5,997 nucleotides of DNA, from positions 1 to 5,997 of the IMG/VR virus record IMGVR_UViG_3300045988_098139. One strand, written 5' to 3'. Source of the DNA: a virus. The position numbers and the translations under genes are program-made. Below the pieces are notes generated by a model that saw nothing but the letters and a program-made list of their open reading frames with translations, did not search any database and was not told the DNA's origin. Shown piece by piece: positions 5,888 to 5,997 of the stretch (its first letter is position 1; each line of letters opens with the position of its first letter).

Positions 5888-5997
5888 ATGGCAGTTGTAA
5901 GAACCTTAGGTAAAAATACACTAGGCGACAACGATAAAATGAAAGTCGCAATGAGAGACTATGACATGTCTACTCATGATATATCAACAATATTCAG
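5888..5997 (+). CDS. VP1: 5' end of the VP1 major capsid gene (true start; partial at the window end; 5899..5997 duplicates 1..99)
   Basis: ATG 5888 gives MAVVRTLGKNTLGDNDKMKVAMRDYDMSTHD..., which is in frame with the ORF at 41 (position 2 on the circle continues the codon series). It is preceded by a strong SD and adds 17 codons upstream of the track start. Confidence 0.85.
   Translation, partial: MAVVRTLGKNTLGDNDKMKVAMRDYDMSTHDISTIF
5899..5997. repeat. Terminal redundancy, copy 2: exact duplicate of 1..99
   Basis: The same 99-nt string occurs at 1..99. Confidence 0.97.

Noticed and set aside
1-5997. A search for tRNA, rRNA, CRISPR repeats, an integrase or transposase, and toxin-antitoxin or known defence or anti-defence genes
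   Set aside because: There are no cloverleaf-capable segments, no regularly spaced repeats and no ORF with recombinase, nuclease (other than the HUH Rep) or polymerase motifs. VP1, VP2, VP4 and the small ORFs account for the rest of the genome.

Overview
The window is one complete circular ssDNA microvirus (family Microviridae) genome, linearised with a 99-nt assembly overlap. Positions 1..99 are identical to 5899..5997, so the genome unit is 5,898 nt. All credible genes lie on the + strand, which is visibly A-rich and T-poor. The three hallmark microvirus genes are recognisable from their protein sequences. They are the major capsid protein VP1 (phiX174 F-like), the DNA pilot or minor capsid protein VP2 (H-like), and the HUH rolling-circle replication initiator VP4 (A-like). 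The true VP1 start is ATG 5888, across the linearisation point. A small acidic ORF between VP1 and VP2 may encode an internal scaffolding protein. A compact module of five small ORFs with no family I can recognise (4769..5884) lies between VP4 and VP1. There are only two sizeable non-coding regions. Region 2311..2473 holds a canonical intrinsic terminator nested inside a 9-bp inverted repeat, plus a 28-nt motif matching E. coli dif at 20/28 positions. Region 4561..4768 holds the only Bacteroidetes-type promoter in the window (TTTG-N19-TAnnTTTG). Genome size, VP1 length, this promoter and the lack of phiX-type D/E/G/J genes point to an Alpavirinae-like, Bacteroidota-associated microvirus. That assignment is inference, not a database result. 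The most interesting leads are the uncharacterised small-ORF module, which includes the only predicted membrane or lipoprotein-like product (a candidate lysis or exclusion factor); the dif-like motif (possible XerCD-dependent lysogeny); and strong Shine-Dalgarno sites on just two genes. I found no tRNA, rRNA, CRISPR array, integrase or transposase.
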